NCBI GenBank assembly: GCA_963709525.1
Contig: CAVPXB010000021.1
Span: 54,442-118,441, forward strand
Reading direction: 5' to 3'
DNA: 64,000 bases
Source of the DNA: an uncultured beta proteobacterium
GTDB lineage: Bacteria > Pseudomonadota > Gammaproteobacteria > Burkholderiales > Casimicrobiaceae
Shown: piece after piece, positions 42,658 through 52,988 of the stretch
Layout of the letters: each line of letters starts with the position of its first letter
How positions within the stretch are numbered: position 1 is the first letter of the stretch
Program-made: the position numbers and the translations under genes
Notes under the pieces: generated by a model
The model's database searches: none
Told to the model about the DNA's origin: nothing
Seen by the model: the letters and a program-made list of their open reading frames with translations, nothing else

Positions 42658-43626
42658 ATGCGTTCGACATGGAAGTGGCTCGCCGGAGCGGTACTCGTCG
42701 CCCTTTCGCTGCAATGCGCGGCCCAGACCTATCCCGGCAAGCCCGTGCGGCTGATCGTTCCGTACCCGGCCGGCGGCACCGTCGATACCGTGGCGCGCGT
42801 CGTCGCGCAGGGGATGAGCGAGCAGACCGGGCAGCCGTGGATCGTCGAGAACAAGGCTGGCGCGAACGGCGTCGTCGGCAGCGACTACGTGGCGCGGTCC
42901 GCGCCCGACGGATACACGTTGCTGCTGCAGGCGTCGATCTTCGTCATCAATCCGCTGTTCCTGACGAACGTCCCTTACAGCGTGGAGAAGGACTTCGCGC
43001 CGATCTCGAACATCGGATCGGTGCCGCTGCTGGTGACGGGGTCGCCCTCCAATCCTGCGCGCGACCTGCGCGAGTTCGTGTCGCTGGTGAAGCAGGCGCC
43101 CGAGAAGTACACGTTTGCCACTTCGGGCCTCGGTTCGGCGGGTCACCTGTCGGAGGAGGTCATCAAGAAGCAGGCCGAGCTTCCCGGTCTCATGATCGTC
43201 CCCTACAAGGGGGCCGCGCCGGCGCTTGCCGACATGCTCGGCGGGCACGTGAGCGCGATGATCGATCCGTTCCCGTCGTCCTACCCGAACGTGAAGTCGG
43301 GAAAGCTGACACCGCTCGCGGTGACGAGCGGCAAGCGCGTGGCGTTCCTGCCGAATGTGCCGACCGTTGCGGAATCCGGCTTTCCAGGATTCGAGATGGT
43401 CTCGTGGTACGGCTTGTGGGGACCTGCGGGCCTGCCTGCCGACGTCGTAGGCAAGTTGTCGACCGCTGCCGCAAAGGCGGTGCGCTCGTCCCATGCGAGC
43501 GAGCGCCTCGCCGCGCAGGGTTTCGACCCGGTAGGTTCGACGCCAGCCGAATTTGCAACCTACATCAAGGGCGAAATCGCCCGTTACGCGGTGATCGTCA
43601 AGGAAGCGAACATCAAGGGCGAGTGA
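42658..43626 (+). CDS. Bug/TctC-family tripartite tricarboxylate transporter substrate-binding protein
   Basis: Signal peptide 'WLAGAVLVALSLQCAAQ' followed by the hallmark 'YPGKPVRLIVPYPAGGTVDTVARVV'. 322 aa. Only the C-terminal third of track ORF 40834..43626 is real. Confidence 0.85.
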   Translation: MRSTWKWLAGAVLVALSLQCAAQTYPGKPVRLIVPYPAGGTVDTVARVVAQGMSEQTGQPWIVENKAGANGVVGSDYVARSAPDGYTLLLQASIFVINPLFLTNVPYSVEKDFAPISNIGSVPLLVTGSPSNPARDLREFVSLVKQAPEKYTFATSGLGSAGHLSEEVIKKQAELPGLMIVPYKGAAPALADMLGGHVSAMIDPFPSSYPNVKSGKLTPLAVTSGKRVAFLPNVPTVAESGFPGFEMVSWYGLWGPAGLPADVVGKLSTAAAKAVRSSHASERLAAQGFDPVGSTPAEFATYIKGEIARYAVIVKEANIKGE

Positions 43627-43761
43627 AGCCGCGCCGCGATGGCGCGAAAGCACCCGCGGCAGGTCGCGGTAGCCGACTTGCGAACGGCCGAGGAACGAAG
43701 CTTCGTCGCCCAGGTTCCGGATGCGGTTCAGGATTGATTCCCCAGATTCCGAAGGAGAGAC

Positions 43762-44739
43762 ATGTCGAACTGGTATGCAGACAACGCCCAATCGATCGGC
43801 CGCACGCCGCTGGTCAAGCTGAATCGCGTCGTCGATGGCGCCGGTGCCACGGTGTTGGCGAAGATCGAGGGCCGCAACCCGGCCTACTCGGTCAAATGCC
43901 GGATCGGTGCGGCGATGATCTGGGATGCCAGGGAGAAGGGGCTGCTCGGTCCCGGCAAGGAGCTGGTCGAGCCGACCAGCGGCAACACCGGGATCGCGCT
44001 GGCGTTCGTCGCGGCTTCGCTCGGCATCCCGCTGACGCTGACGATGCCGGAGACGATGAGCATCGAGCGGCGCAAGCTGCTGGTGGCCTACGGCGCGAAG
44101 CTGGTGCTGACCGAAGGCGCGAAAGGCATGAGCGGGGCGATTGCCAGGGCCGAGGAGATCGCGGCCTCTGACGCGGCGCGGTTCGTGCTGCTGCAGCAGT
44201 TCAAGAATCCCGCCAATCCGGCGATCCACGAAAAGACGACCGGGCCGGAGATCTGGAACGACACCGACGGCAACGTCGACATCCTCGTTTCCGGTGTCGG
44301 CACCGGCGGCACCATCACCGGCGTGTCGCGCTATTTCAAGCACACGCGCGGCAAGAAGCTCGTATCGGTGGCGGTCGAGCCGGCAGCGAGTCCCGTCCTC
44401 ACGCAGGCGCGGGCGGGGGAGCCGCAGAAGCCCGGGCCGCACAAGATCCAGGGCATCGGCGCGGGGTTCGTCCCCCAGGTGCTCGATCTGTCGCTGGTCG
44501 ACGCAATCGAGACCGTGTCCAACGAGGATGCCGTGCTCTACGCGCGGCGGCTGGCGCGGGAGGAGGGCATCCTGGCCGGCATTTCCTGCGGCGCGGCGAC
44601 CGCGGTTGCGGTGCGGCTGGCGCAGCGGCCGGAGAACAAAGGCAGGACGATCGTCGTCATCCTGCCCGATTCGGGCGAGCGCTACCTCTCTTCGGTGCTG
44701 TTCGAAGGCATGTTCGACGGCGCCGGAATGGCGGCATGA
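43762..44739 (+). CDS. cysK: cysteine synthase A (O-acetylserine sulfhydrylase)
   Basis: '[11 protein letters not shown]', PLP-lysine '[11 protein letters not shown]', '[10 protein letters not shown]' and '[10 protein letters not shown]'. AAGGAGAG RBS. Confidence 0.9.
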   Translation: MSNWYADNAQSIGRTPLVKLNRVVDGAGATVLAKIEGRNPAYSVKCRIGAAMIWDAREKGLLGPGKELVEPTSGNTGIALAFVAASLGIPLTLTMPETMSIERRKLLVAYGAKLVLTEGAKGMSGAIARAEEIAASDAARFVLLQQFKNPANPAIHEKTTGPEIWNDTDGNVDILVSGVGTGGTITGVSRYFKHTRGKKLVSVAVEPAASPVLTQARAGEPQKPGPHKIQGIGAGFVPQVLDLSLVDAIETVSNEDAVLYARRLAREEGILAGISCGAATAVAVRLAQRPENKGRTIVVILPDSGERYLSSVLFEGMFDGAGMAA

Positions 44740-44842
44740 ACTTCCGCGCCCTTGCCGGCGAACTCACGGCCGGGCACGGCTGACCCGGTCATCGACGCTC
44801 CGGCGTGCGGGCTTCCGGCCGGCGTCGCCGACGGCCAGCGCG

Positions 44843-46060
44843 TCAGCGCGCGCCCACCGCGTAGAGCGTGCCGCCCTCGGTCTGGAAGATCGCCTGCACG
44901 CCCGTCGGCAGTGGTTGTGCGGTTGCCGGCGTGCCGTCGGTCGCGAGCCGCCCGACGAGGCTGCCGTCGTTGCGGTCCATGAGGTGGACATAGCCTTCGA
45001 TGTCGACCACCCCGACGTGGTCGCCGACGATCACCGGTCCGCCGATGCGCCGTGCGGCGAGCTTGTCCTGCTTCCACACCGAGGCGCCGGTCGCCTTGTC
45101 CAGCGCATGGACATTGCTCTTGTCGTCGGTCGTGTACAGGTAGCGGGCGTCGATGGCGATGCCCTCGAGACTCGAGAGGTCGCGCGACCACAGCAGCGTG
45201 CCACGCAATACATCGAAGCACGCAATTCGCCCCTGGAAGGCGGCGGCGCAGACCTGCCGTTCCTCGATCACCGGCAGGCTGGTCACATCGGCGATGCGCT
45301 CGAGTTCGGTCGCACCCTTGGGTGTCGCCACGTTGGCTTCCCAGCCGACGTTGCCGGTCGCAAGATCGAGTGCGACAAGTTTGCCGCCTGCCGTGCCGAC
45401 AAATAGGCCGCCCCGACTGATCGTGCCGCCGGCAAAATTGCGAACCGTAAGCGGCGGGTTGATGCGCTGGTACACCCACCTGGTCTTGCCGTCGACGGCG
45501 GACAACCCGTAGATGCGACCGTCGCCCGACCACACGGCGACGATGCCCTCGGCGACGTCGGGCGGACTCACGACTTCGCTGCTGACCTTCGATTGCCAGA
45601 GCGGCTTGCCGCTGGCATCGAAGGCGAGTACCTCACCCTTGTCGGTGCCGACTGCGACGAGCGTCGCGTCGGCTCCCACGCCGGCGGACAGGCGCTTGCC
45701 GGTCGACACGCGCCAGACGGTGCGGCCGGCAGGGTCGAGACGAGCGAGCGCGCCATCGCTGGCGCTTACGTAAACCGCGTCGGCGGTGACCGCCGGGGAG
45801 AAGCCGGCGCGGGCCTTGCCGATCGACACCTGCCAGGCGACCACCGGAGTGACGGTCGATTTGAATTCGGGCAGCGGTCCCGGCTTTTTCGATCCGCCGG
45901 TGAACCACGAGAACGACGGCGCCGGAATCGTGGGCATCCACGACGACATCGTCGAGCACCCCGTGGCCACGACGGCGAAGGCTACGGCCAGCACCTGCGC
46001 ATACCGTTGCATCGCGCGCGGCATGGGGGCGCGGGAGTCGCGGTGAGCGCCGATCGTCAT
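44843..46060 (-). CDS. bamB: outer-membrane protein assembly factor BamB (PQQ-like beta-propeller lipoprotein)
   Basis: Lipobox 'AVVATGCS'. Repeated beta-propeller blades. ATG 46060 overlaps the yfgM-like stop (ATGA); ATG 46024 and 46012 give a more typical signal peptide. Confidence 0.85.
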   Translation of the reverse strand: MTIGAHRDSRAPMPRAMQRYAQVLAVAFAVVATGCSTMSSWMPTIPAPSFSWFTGGSKKPGPLPEFKSTVTPVVAWQVSIGKARAGFSPAVTADAVYVSASDGALARLDPAGRTVWRVSTGKRLSAGVGADATLVAVGTDKGEVLAFDASGKPLWQSKVSSEVVSPPDVAEGIVAVWSGDGRIYGLSAVDGKTRWVYQRINPPLTVRNFAGGTISRGGLFVGTAGGKLVALDLATGNVGWEANVATPKGATELERIADVTSLPVIEERQVCAAAFQGRIACFDVLRGTLLWSRDLSSLEGIAIDARYLYTTDDKSNVHALDKATGASVWKQDKLAARRIGGPVIVGDHVGVVDIEGYVHLMDRNDGSLVGRLATDGTPATAQPLPTGVQAIFQTEGGTLYAVGAR

Positions 46061-46782
46061 TTGGCCGGTGCTGCGGGGGCTGCGGGAACGACAGGCGCTG
46101 CCGGCACGGGCGCCGCCGCGGCGCCGCCGCCCGACGCTGCGGGCCCCAGCGGACCGCCGAGCGAATCGAGTTTCACCTGGATGTAGGCGCGATAGGGGGA
46201 CTTGGCATCGATCTTGGCGAGCGCGGTCTGGTAAGCCGCGCGCGCCTCCTCGCCGCGGCCGGCGGCGGCGAGGATGTCGCCGCGCAGATCGGCATAGACG
46301 CCGGCAAAGGGCTCGTCGTGTTTCGCGTCCAGCGTGCGCAACGCCTCGTCGTTCTGCTTGTCGTCGAACAGCGTCTCGGCGAGACGAAAGCGGGCGATCT
46401 GCTTCAGCTCGTCCTCGCTGGCGCGATCGAGCACGAACTGCAATTGCGTCCGGGCGCCGGTCCTGTCGCCGCTCTTGAACAGCATTCCGGCCACGACCAT
46501 CGCAGCCCGCGGCGCATAGCCGGTGCCGGCGTAGCGATCGGCGAGCTGCGTCATCGCATCCTTGGCCTTGGCGATATCATTGCTGCGCGCGGCCGAGGCG
46601 ACCGCGCCGTACAGCACCGACGCCTGCTCGGCCTGATTGTGCTGCCACCAGCGCCACGCCTGCACGGCCACCACGCTCACGCAGACGGCGATGATGATGC
46701 CGCTCACCGTGTTGCCCCATTGCCTCCACCAGGCCCTGAGATCGTCGAGTTGTTCCTGCTCTTCGAGGTCGTAGACTGCCAT
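46057..46782 (-). CDS. YfgM-like TPR membrane protein (UPF0070)
   Basis: 'YDLEEQEQLDDLRAWWRQWGN' followed by a single TM and a TPR-like periplasmic part. Conserved slot between hisS and bamB. Ala/Pro-rich C-terminal tail. Confidence 0.75.
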   Translation of the reverse strand: MAVYDLEEQEQLDDLRAWWRQWGNTVSGIIIAVCVSVVAVQAWRWWQHNQAEQASVLYGAVASAARSNDIAKAKDAMTQLADRYAGTGYAPRAAMVVAGMLFKSGDRTGARTQLQFVLDRASEDELKQIARFRLAETLFDDKQNDEALRTLDAKHDEPFAGVYADLRGDILAAAGRGEEARAAYQTALAKIDAKSPYRAYIQVKLDSLGGPLGPAASGGGAAAAPVPAAPVVPAAPAAPAK

Positions 46783-46834
46783 CGTCGTTCCCTTTTCCGT
46801 TGCTTTTCGTGTCTCGTTGCGCCCGCAGGCGTTG

Positions 46835-48103
46835 TCAGGTGCCGCGCTCGATCAGCGCGGCGGCAAGTCCGTCCAGCGGCACGGCCGTCTGTTCGCCGCT
46901 CGCGCGCAGGGGTTTCACGCCGACGACCCCGGTCGTGGCCTCGTCGTCGCCGATGACGAGCGCGAACCGCGCGCCCGAAGCGTCGGCTTTCTTCATCTGC
47001 GACTTGAAGCTGCCGCCGCCGGCATTGACGATGATCGCGAGGCCTGCGTCGCGCAACCGCTCGCCCGCGCGCGCGGCGAGGCGGCTCGCCGCGTCGCCGG
47101 CATGCACGACGTACGCGAGCGGCGCGTCGTCGTGCGCGAGCCCGGCCTCCTGCAGCAGCAGCACCATGCGCTCGACGCCGATGGCGAAGCCGCAGGCGGG
47201 CGTGGGCTTGCCGCCGAGTTGCTCGAAGAGGCCGTCATAGCGCCCGCCACCGGCGACGGTACCCTGGGCGCCGAGCCGGTCGGTGATCCACTCGAACACC
47301 GTGCGATTGTAATAGTCGAGTCCGCGCACCAAACGGGGGTTGATCCCGAACGCGACGCCGTGATCGGCGAGCAATTGCTGCAGGCCGTCGAAATGCGCCC
47401 GCGAACCGGTGCCCAGGCGATCGAGCAGCTGCGGCGCGCCGGCGATGATCTCCTGCATCGCGGGGTTCTTGCTGTCGAGGACGCGCAGCGGATTGGCGTG
47501 CAATCGGCGCCTTGCGTCGTCGTCGAGCAGCGTGGCGTGGCGCTCGAAGTAGTCGATCAGGCCCTGCCGATGCGCGCGCCGCTCGTCGGCGTCGCCGATC
47601 GAGTTGATGGACAGAGCGATGCCGTCGGCCAGGCCCAGCTCACGCCACAGGCGGGCCAGCAGCACGATCTGCTCGGCGTCGACGTCGGGACCGGCAAAGC
47701 CCAGCGCCTCGATGTCGAGCTGGTGGAACTGGCGGTAACGCCCCTTCTGCGGGCGCTCGTGGCGGAACATGGGCCCGCCGGTCCACACGCGTTGCGGCCG
47801 CTCGTAGCAGAGGTTGTGTTCGATCGCCGCGCGGACGATGCCCGCGGTCGCTTCCGGACGCAGCGTCAGCTTTTCGCCGTTGAGCTTGTCCTCGAACGAG
47901 TACATCTCCTTCTCGACGACGTCGGTGTGTTCGCCGATGCCGCGCACGAACAGCGCGGTGGGCTCGACGATCGGAACGCGGATATTGCGGTAGCCGTACT
48001 GCGCGAACACGCGCCGCGCGGTGTCCTCGAAATGCTGCCACAGCGGGGATTCGGCGGGGAGCACATCGTTCATGCCCTTGACGGCCTGCAAGGCGTCGGC
48101 CAT
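46835..48103 (-). CDS. hisS: histidine--tRNA ligase
   Basis: Internal ATG 48103. 'VKGMNDVLP', '[12 protein letters not shown]', '[16 protein letters not shown]' and 'GGGRYDGL'. Confidence 0.95.
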   Translation of the reverse strand: MADALQAVKGMNDVLPAESPLWQHFEDTARRVFAQYGYRNIRVPIVEPTALFVRGIGEHTDVVEKEMYSFEDKLNGEKLTLRPEATAGIVRAAIEHNLCYERPQRVWTGGPMFRHERPQKGRYRQFHQLDIEALGFAGPDVDAEQIVLLARLWRELGLADGIALSINSIGDADERRAHRQGLIDYFERHATLLDDDARRRLHANPLRVLDSKNPAMQEIIAGAPQLLDRLGTGSRAHFDGLQQLLADHGVAFGINPRLVRGLDYYNRTVFEWITDRLGAQGTVAGGGRYDGLFEQLGGKPTPACGFAIGVERMVLLLQEAGLAHDDAPLAYVVHAGDAASRLAARAGERLRDAGLAIIVNAGGGSFKSQMKKADASGARFALVIGDDEATTGVVGVKPLRASGEQTAVPLDGLAAALIERGT

Positions 48104-48108
48104 GTCGA

Positions 48109-49395
48109 TCAGACCATCGCCTTGACGGCGATCGTCTTGCGTTCCGGGTTGAGGTGCGCGGCCCGCGGCTCGCCGCCGTAGGTCGTGCGGACGTAGTCGT
48201 CGACGATTGCCTGGAATTCCTCGGCGATGCGCGAGCCTTTGAGCGTCACCGTCTTCTGGCCGTCGACATAGACAGGCGCGACCGGTGTTTCGCCGGTGCC
48301 GGGCAGCGAGATGCCGACGTTGGCAAGCTTCGATTCGCCGGGGCCGTTGACCACGCAGCCCATCACCGCGACGTGCATGTCGGCCACACCCGGATAGCGG
48401 GCGCCCCAGATCGGCATTTGCGCACGCAGAAAATCCTGGATCTTCGCCGCGAGTTCCTGAAACGTGGTGCTGGTCGTGCGGCCGCAGCCCGGACAGGCCG
48501 TCACCATCGGCGTGAACGAGCGCAGCCCCATCGTCTGCAGGATTTCCTGCGCGACGATCACTTCGCGCGTGCGGTCGCCGTAAGGTTCCGGCGTGAGCGA
48601 CACGCGAATGGTGTCGCCGATGCCCTGCTGCAGCAGGATCGCGAGCGCGGCCGTCGACGCCACGATGCCCTTGCTGCCCATGCCGGCTTCGGTGAGGCCG
48701 AGATGCAGCGGGTAGTCGCAGCGCCGCGCAAGTTCGGCGTAGACGGCGACGAGATCCTGCACGGCGGACACCTTGCACGAGAGGATGATCCGGTCGCCGG
48801 GCAGTCCGATGGCCTCGGCGTGCTGCGCGCTTTCGATGGCCGACACGATCAATGCCTCGCGCATCACCGCGTCGCCGGGCAAGGGTGCGGCGCGGACCGC
48901 GTTGGCATCCATCAGGCGCGCGAGCAATGCGGCATCGAGGCTGCCCCAGTTGACGCCGATGCGCACGGGCTTGCCGTACTCGATCGCCTTCTCGATCATC
49001 ACCGCGAACTGCGAATCCCGCTTGCTGCCTTTGCCTACGTTGCCCGGGTTGATGCGAAACTTCGCCAGCGCACGGGCGCAGTCGGGATGGTCGGTCAGGA
49101 GCTTGTGGCCGTTGAAGTGGAAGTCGCCGACCAGCGGCACGGTGCAGCCGCCGGCATCGAGGGCTTCGCGGATCGCCGGCACCGCGGCAGCCGCTGCGGC
49201 CGTGTCGACGGTGACGCGGACGATTTCCGAGCCGGTGGCGGCCAGCGCGCGCACCTGCCCGACCGTGGCCGCGACGTCGGCCGTGTCGGTGTTGGTCATC
49301 GACTGGACAAGGATGGGGGCCCCGCCGCCCACCTTGTGGCCGGCGATGTCCACCTGCCGGGTTTGCGGGCGCTCAAAGCGGGCGGGGGCGATCAT
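48109..49395 (-). CDS. ispG: 4-hydroxy-3-methylbut-2-enyl diphosphate synthase (flavodoxin)
   Basis: '[16 protein letters not shown]', 'TACPGCGRT' and '[13 protein letters not shown]'. Confidence 0.95.
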   Translation of the reverse strand: MIAPARFERPQTRQVDIAGHKVGGGAPILVQSMTNTDTADVAATVGQVRALAATGSEIVRVTVDTAAAAAAVPAIREALDAGGCTVPLVGDFHFNGHKLLTDHPDCARALAKFRINPGNVGKGSKRDSQFAVMIEKAIEYGKPVRIGVNWGSLDAALLARLMDANAVRAAPLPGDAVMREALIVSAIESAQHAEAIGLPGDRIILSCKVSAVQDLVAVYAELARRCDYPLHLGLTEAGMGSKGIVASTAALAILLQQGIGDTIRVSLTPEPYGDRTREVIVAQEILQTMGLRSFTPMVTACPGCGRTTSTTFQELAAKIQDFLRAQMPIWGARYPGVADMHVAVMGCVVNGPGESKLANVGISLPGTGETPVAPVYVDGQKTVTLKGSRIAEEFQAIVDDYVRTTYGGEPRAAHLNPERKTIAVKAMV

Positions 49396-49399
49396 GGGC

Positions 49400-50326
49400 C
49401 TATTGCAGCGTGATGCGGGCGACGCCTTGCCGCGTGTAGGGAACGAGATCGACCTTCCGCCCGTCGAGGGTCACCGCCGCGTCGGCGGCGTTGCCGATGA
49501 CAAGTTCGAACGGTGGCGAACCGGTCAGCGCCTGCGTCGAGCCGGGGACCATCATCTTCGACAGCAGCACGCGGCCGTTGCGGTCACGCACCTCGGTCCA
49601 CGAATGATCGCGGTAGGAGAGGACGATTTCCCGCTCGCCCTGCGGCGCGACGCCGCCAGGATTGGCCGTCTTTGCCGGAGCATCGGCCGCGGCGGCGGAG
49701 GCCGGCGGCGCCGACTCCTGGGCGGCGACAGGATTGGGGAGCGGAATTCCGGCCGCGGGATTGGGCAAGGGCGCCGACGGCACGGACGCGGGGGCTGTCC
49801 CGGCGGAGGGGGGCGCCGGGACCGGCTTCGAATCGACGGCTGGGTCGCGCGCCGCCGGCGTGGTGCGCACCGACAGCGACGGCAGCAGGAACTCGTAGAT
49901 GGCCAGCGCGGCAACGAGGGCGAGAACCAGCGGAACGGCCCAACGAATCCAGCCCGGGCGCGCATACTGGGAAACCGGCAATTCCCCGATCGACGGTGCC
50001 GTCGCGTGCAATGTCGGCGACTCGAGGCCCGGGTCGACCGACGCCCCCGGCAACGCCGCCATAACCTCCACGGCGTCGAGTTTCAGTAGTCGCGCATAGT
50101 TGCGCACGAACCCGCGAACGAAGGTGCGGCCCGGCAGCAGCGCGAAATTGCCATCCTCCAGCGCCTTGACCTGACGCGGGGCGAGCTTGAGCTGCTGGGA
50201 GACGTCCTCGATCGAAAGTCCGCCCCGCTCGCGGGCATTGCGCAACAGCGCTCCCGCGGGAATCGCGGCGCTGGCGACCGGCGGCAGATCGGGCGCGCCG
50301 TGCCGGACGGTATCGGGCTCACTCAC
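49400..50326 (-). CDS. rodZ: RodZ-like cytoskeleton protein (HTH + TM + DUF4115)
   Basis: HTH '[34 protein letters not shown]', a TM segment, a Pro/Ala-rich linker and a C-terminal beta domain. GTG 50326 overlaps the pilW stop (GTGA). Confidence 0.7.
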   Translation of the reverse strand: MSEPDTVRHGAPDLPPVASAAIPAGALLRNARERGGLSIEDVSQQLKLAPRQVKALEDGNFALLPGRTFVRGFVRNYARLLKLDAVEVMAALPGASVDPGLESPTLHATAPSIGELPVSQYARPGWIRWAVPLVLALVAALAIYEFLLPSLSVRTTPAARDPAVDSKPVPAPPSAGTAPASVPSAPLPNPAAGIPLPNPVAAQESAPPASAAAADAPAKTANPGGVAPQGEREIVLSYRDHSWTEVRDRNGRVLLSKMMVPGSTQALTGSPPFELVIGNAADAAVTLDGRKVDLVPYTRQGVARITLQ

Positions 50327-51141
50327 TCGCAAGCTCCCGTGGCGATGGACTTGGTTTCCGCGGCGTTCGGATATCGATTGCGCAACTGCGACACGTAGGA
50401 CCGTTCGGCCTGCGTGTCGCCCAGCTTGCGTTCGATGCACATGCCCAGGTGCAGCGATTCGGGGGGCGGGTTGGCTTCCTGGGTCACGATCTTCATCCAG
50501 ACGCGCGCCTCATCCAGCCGCGACGCCTTGAACGCGATCAACGCGAGGTTGTACGCCGCCGTCGCGTTGTTGGGTGCGACCTGCAATGCCCGGCGGAAGT
50601 AGGTCTCGGCGTCGGCGATGCGCCCCAGCGACGCGCTGCACTTGCCGGCGTTCACCAGCGCCGTTTCCGGGGTCTTGTAGAGCGGGTTGCGCAACGCCGC
50701 CTCGAATTCGGCGATCGATTCGCTTGCACGGCCGTGCGTGCACAGGTACCAACCCCAGTTGTGGCGGGTGTCCGAATCCTGCGGGGCGAGCTGCAGCGCG
50801 CGCTGGAAGCTCTGTTCGGCCTTGGGGTTTTCTCCCAGCACCGCGTAGACGAGGCCGTAGATGTTCCAGGCGCGCGCATTGTTGGGGTCGAGCCGCACCG
50901 CTTCGTTCAGCTCTTCGAGCGCGACGTCCATCTGGCCGCGCTCGAAGTAGCCGGCGCCGAGCTCGGCGCGAAGCTGTGATCGGTATTCCGGCGTCACCAC
51001 CGGCTGCTTGATCGGCGGCAGCGACTCCTGCGGCGGCGGCGCGTTCGGCGGCGGCGACTTGCTCGCGCATCCGGTGAAGAGTGCCGCTGCCAGCACGGCG
51101 GTGCCGAGCAGGGCGAGGCGGGATCGTGGCATCATCATCAT
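50323..51141 (-). CDS. pilW: type IV pilus biogenesis/stability TPR lipoprotein PilW (PilF-like)
   Basis: Start 'MMMMPRSRLALLGTAVLAAALFTGCAS' with a lipobox, followed by TPR repeats. Conserved slot between rlmN and rodZ. Confidence 0.72.
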   Translation of the reverse strand: MMMMPRSRLALLGTAVLAAALFTGCASKSPPPNAPPPQESLPPIKQPVVTPEYRSQLRAELGAGYFERGQMDVALEELNEAVRLDPNNARAWNIYGLVYAVLGENPKAEQSFQRALQLAPQDSDTRHNWGWYLCTHGRASESIAEFEAALRNPLYKTPETALVNAGKCSASLGRIADAETYFRRALQVAPNNATAAYNLALIAFKASRLDEARVWMKIVTQEANPPPESLHLGMCIERKLGDTQAERSYVSQLRNRYPNAAETKSIATGACE

Positions 51142-51149
51142 GGTGGCGG

Positions 51150-52298
51150 TCAGACGCGGGCAGGAGTTGCCGGCTGGCAGGATGCGGCGACGCCTTCGAT
51201 GCGCACAAGCCGTCGCTTCGTGCGATCGAGGACCTGTCCGGCAAGCTGGCCGCACGCGGCATCGATGTCGTCGCCGCGCGTCTTGCGCACGGTCGTCACC
51301 AGGCCCGCGTCCATCAGTACTTTCTGGAATGCCAGGATGCGCTCGCGCGGACTGGTGTGGAACGCCGAACCCGCGAACGGGTTGAACGGAATCAGGTTGA
51401 TCTTGCACGGCACGTCACGCACGCAGGCGACGAGGGCGCGCGCGTGGGCGGCGGAGTCGTTGACGCCGTCGAGCATCACGTATTCGAAGGTGACGAAGTC
51501 GCGCGGCGCGCGCTCGAGGTAGCGCCGGCAGGCGGGCAGGAGCTCGGCGAGCGGGTACTTGCGATTGATCGGCACCAGCTGGTCGCGCAACGCGTCGTCC
51601 GGCGCGTGCAGCGACACCGCCAGCGCCACCGGGCAGGCGTCGCGCAGGCGGTCAAGCGCGGGCACCAGGCCCGACGTGGACAGCGTGACGCGGCGGCGGG
51701 ACAGGCCGTAGGCGTCGTCGTCGAGGAACACCCTGAGCGCGGTGACGACGTGGTCGAAATTGGCCAGCGGCTCGCCCATGCCCATCAGCACGACATTGGT
51801 GATGGGCGCGCGGCCGTGCTCGACCCAGGGCGCGGCAGTTGCTGCCCCCTTGGAGCCGTCCGCCAGCAGCGCACGGTTGGCGTGCCACAGCTGGCCGATG
51901 ATCTCGGCCGCGGAGAGGTTGCGGTTGAAGCCCTGCTTGCCGGTCGAACAGAAGGAACAGTCGAGCGCGCAGCCGGCTTGCGAGCTCACGCACAATGTCC
52001 CTCTATCGTCCTCGGGGATGTAGACGGCCTCGACCGCATTGCCGCCACCGGCATCGAGCAGCCACTTGCGCGTGCCGTCGGCCGCGGTGGAATCGCGGAT
52101 GACCGTCGGCCCCCGGACTTCGGCGATCGACGCAAGCTTTTCGCGCAGAGGGCGCGCGAGGTCCGTCATCGCGCCGATGTCGCCGATCAGGCGCTGGTGC
52201 AGCCAGTGCGACACCTGACGGGCGCGAAACGGCTTCTCGCCCAGGTTCGCGAACAGCGCGGCAAGACCGTCGGCGTCGAGGTCGAGGAGGTTGATCAC
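51150..52298 (-). CDS. rlmN: 23S rRNA/tRNA adenine-C2 methyltransferase RlmN (radical SAM)
   Basis: Radical-SAM motif '[12 protein letters not shown]', '[11 protein letters not shown]' and C-terminal 'DIDAACGQL'. GTG start. Confidence 0.9.
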   Translation of the reverse strand: MINLLDLDADGLAALFANLGEKPFRARQVSHWLHQRLIGDIGAMTDLARPLREKLASIAEVRGPTVIRDSTAADGTRKWLLDAGGGNAVEAVYIPEDDRGTLCVSSQAGCALDCSFCSTGKQGFNRNLSAAEIIGQLWHANRALLADGSKGAATAAPWVEHGRAPITNVVLMGMGEPLANFDHVVTALRVFLDDDAYGLSRRRVTLSTSGLVPALDRLRDACPVALAVSLHAPDDALRDQLVPINRKYPLAELLPACRRYLERAPRDFVTFEYVMLDGVNDSAAHARALVACVRDVPCKINLIPFNPFAGSAFHTSPRERILAFQKVLMDAGLVTTVRKTRGDDIDAACGQLAGQVLDRTKRRLVRIEGVAASCQPATPARV

Positions 52299-52324
52299 GG
52301 GAGCACGTCGGGACGCGACGCGGT

Positions 52325-52750
52325 TCAGCGGGCGTACACCGCCAGCGCGGGGAAGAAATACGCAATTTCGACGGCGGCCGTGTCCGGGCTGTCGGAACCG
52401 TGCACGGCGTTGGCGTCGATCGACTCGGCGAAATCGGCGCGAATGGTGCCGGCAGCGGCCTTTTTCGGATCGGTCGCGCCCATGAGATCGCGGTTTTTCG
52501 CGATCGCGGCCTCGCCCTCGAGCACCTGGATCATCACCGGTCCCGAAATCATGAAATCGACCAGATCCTTGAAAAACGGACGTTCGCGATGGACGGCATA
52601 GAAGCCCTCGGCCTCCGACCGCGACAACCGGCGCATCTGCGCAGCGGCGATCCTGAGGCCGTTGGTCTCGAAGCGCGAATAGATCTTGCCGATGACGTTC
52701 TTGCCCACGGCGTCGGGTTTGATGATGGAAAGCGTGCGTTCAACCGCCAT
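52325..52750 (-). CDS. ndk: nucleoside diphosphate kinase
   Basis: '[15 protein letters not shown]', 'NAVHGSDS'. 141 aa. Confidence 0.95.
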   Translation of the reverse strand: MAVERTLSIIKPDAVGKNVIGKIYSRFETNGLRIAAAQMRRLSRSEAEGFYAVHRERPFFKDLVDFMISGPVMIQVLEGEAAIAKNRDLMGATDPKKAAAGTIRADFAESIDANAVHGSDSPDTAAVEIAYFFPALAVYAR

Positions 52751-52788
52751 GATTGGACTCCGGACGAATAAATGCGAGTAAATTCAAA

Positions 52789-52797
52789 ATTATAACA
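52789..52797 (-). promoter_or_regulatory. putative extended -10 promoter (TGTTATAAT) upstream of ndk
   Basis: The minus strand reads TGTTATAAT about 39 nt upstream of the ndk ATG, in a locally AT-rich stretch. Confidence 0.4.
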
Positions 52798-52932
52798 CGT
52801 CTGCATCGCCCTCGGCCGCGGCTCTGGGGCTGCGGTTGAGACACCTCCGAGCGCGGTTTTCCCCGGCGGGAACGCCTGCTGTGCCGGGGTCGAACGGGGC
52901 GGTACCGGGTACGGCCGGGGCGCCCGAAACAG

Positions 52933-52959
52933 CGGGGCCCGGCTTTCGGCCGGGCCCCG
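52933..52959 (-). terminator. GC-rich hairpin downstream of dctM
   Basis: CGGGGCCCGGC-tttcg-GCCGGGCCCCG, an 11-bp perfect stem, 30 nt after the dctM stop. Weak U-tract (GCUGUUUCGGG). Confidence 0.5.
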
Positions 52960-52988
52960 AGTCGGCCGACGCTGTCGCTGCCGAGTGT

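Noticed and set aside
40834-43626. 930-aa ORF spanning the SDR antisense strand, the DapA-like region and the Bug gene.
   Set aside because: Only the last 322 aa (from ATG 42658, with signal peptide and the Bug hallmark motif) look like a protein. The upstream part is Arg/Pro/Ser-rich shadow sequence overlapping real genes.
46057-46140. GC-rich low-complexity stretch (gctgcggg/gccgcc repeats) at the bamB-yfgM junction.
   Set aside because: It encodes the Ala/Pro-rich C-terminal tail of the YfgM-like protein in frame. It is not an independent repeat element.
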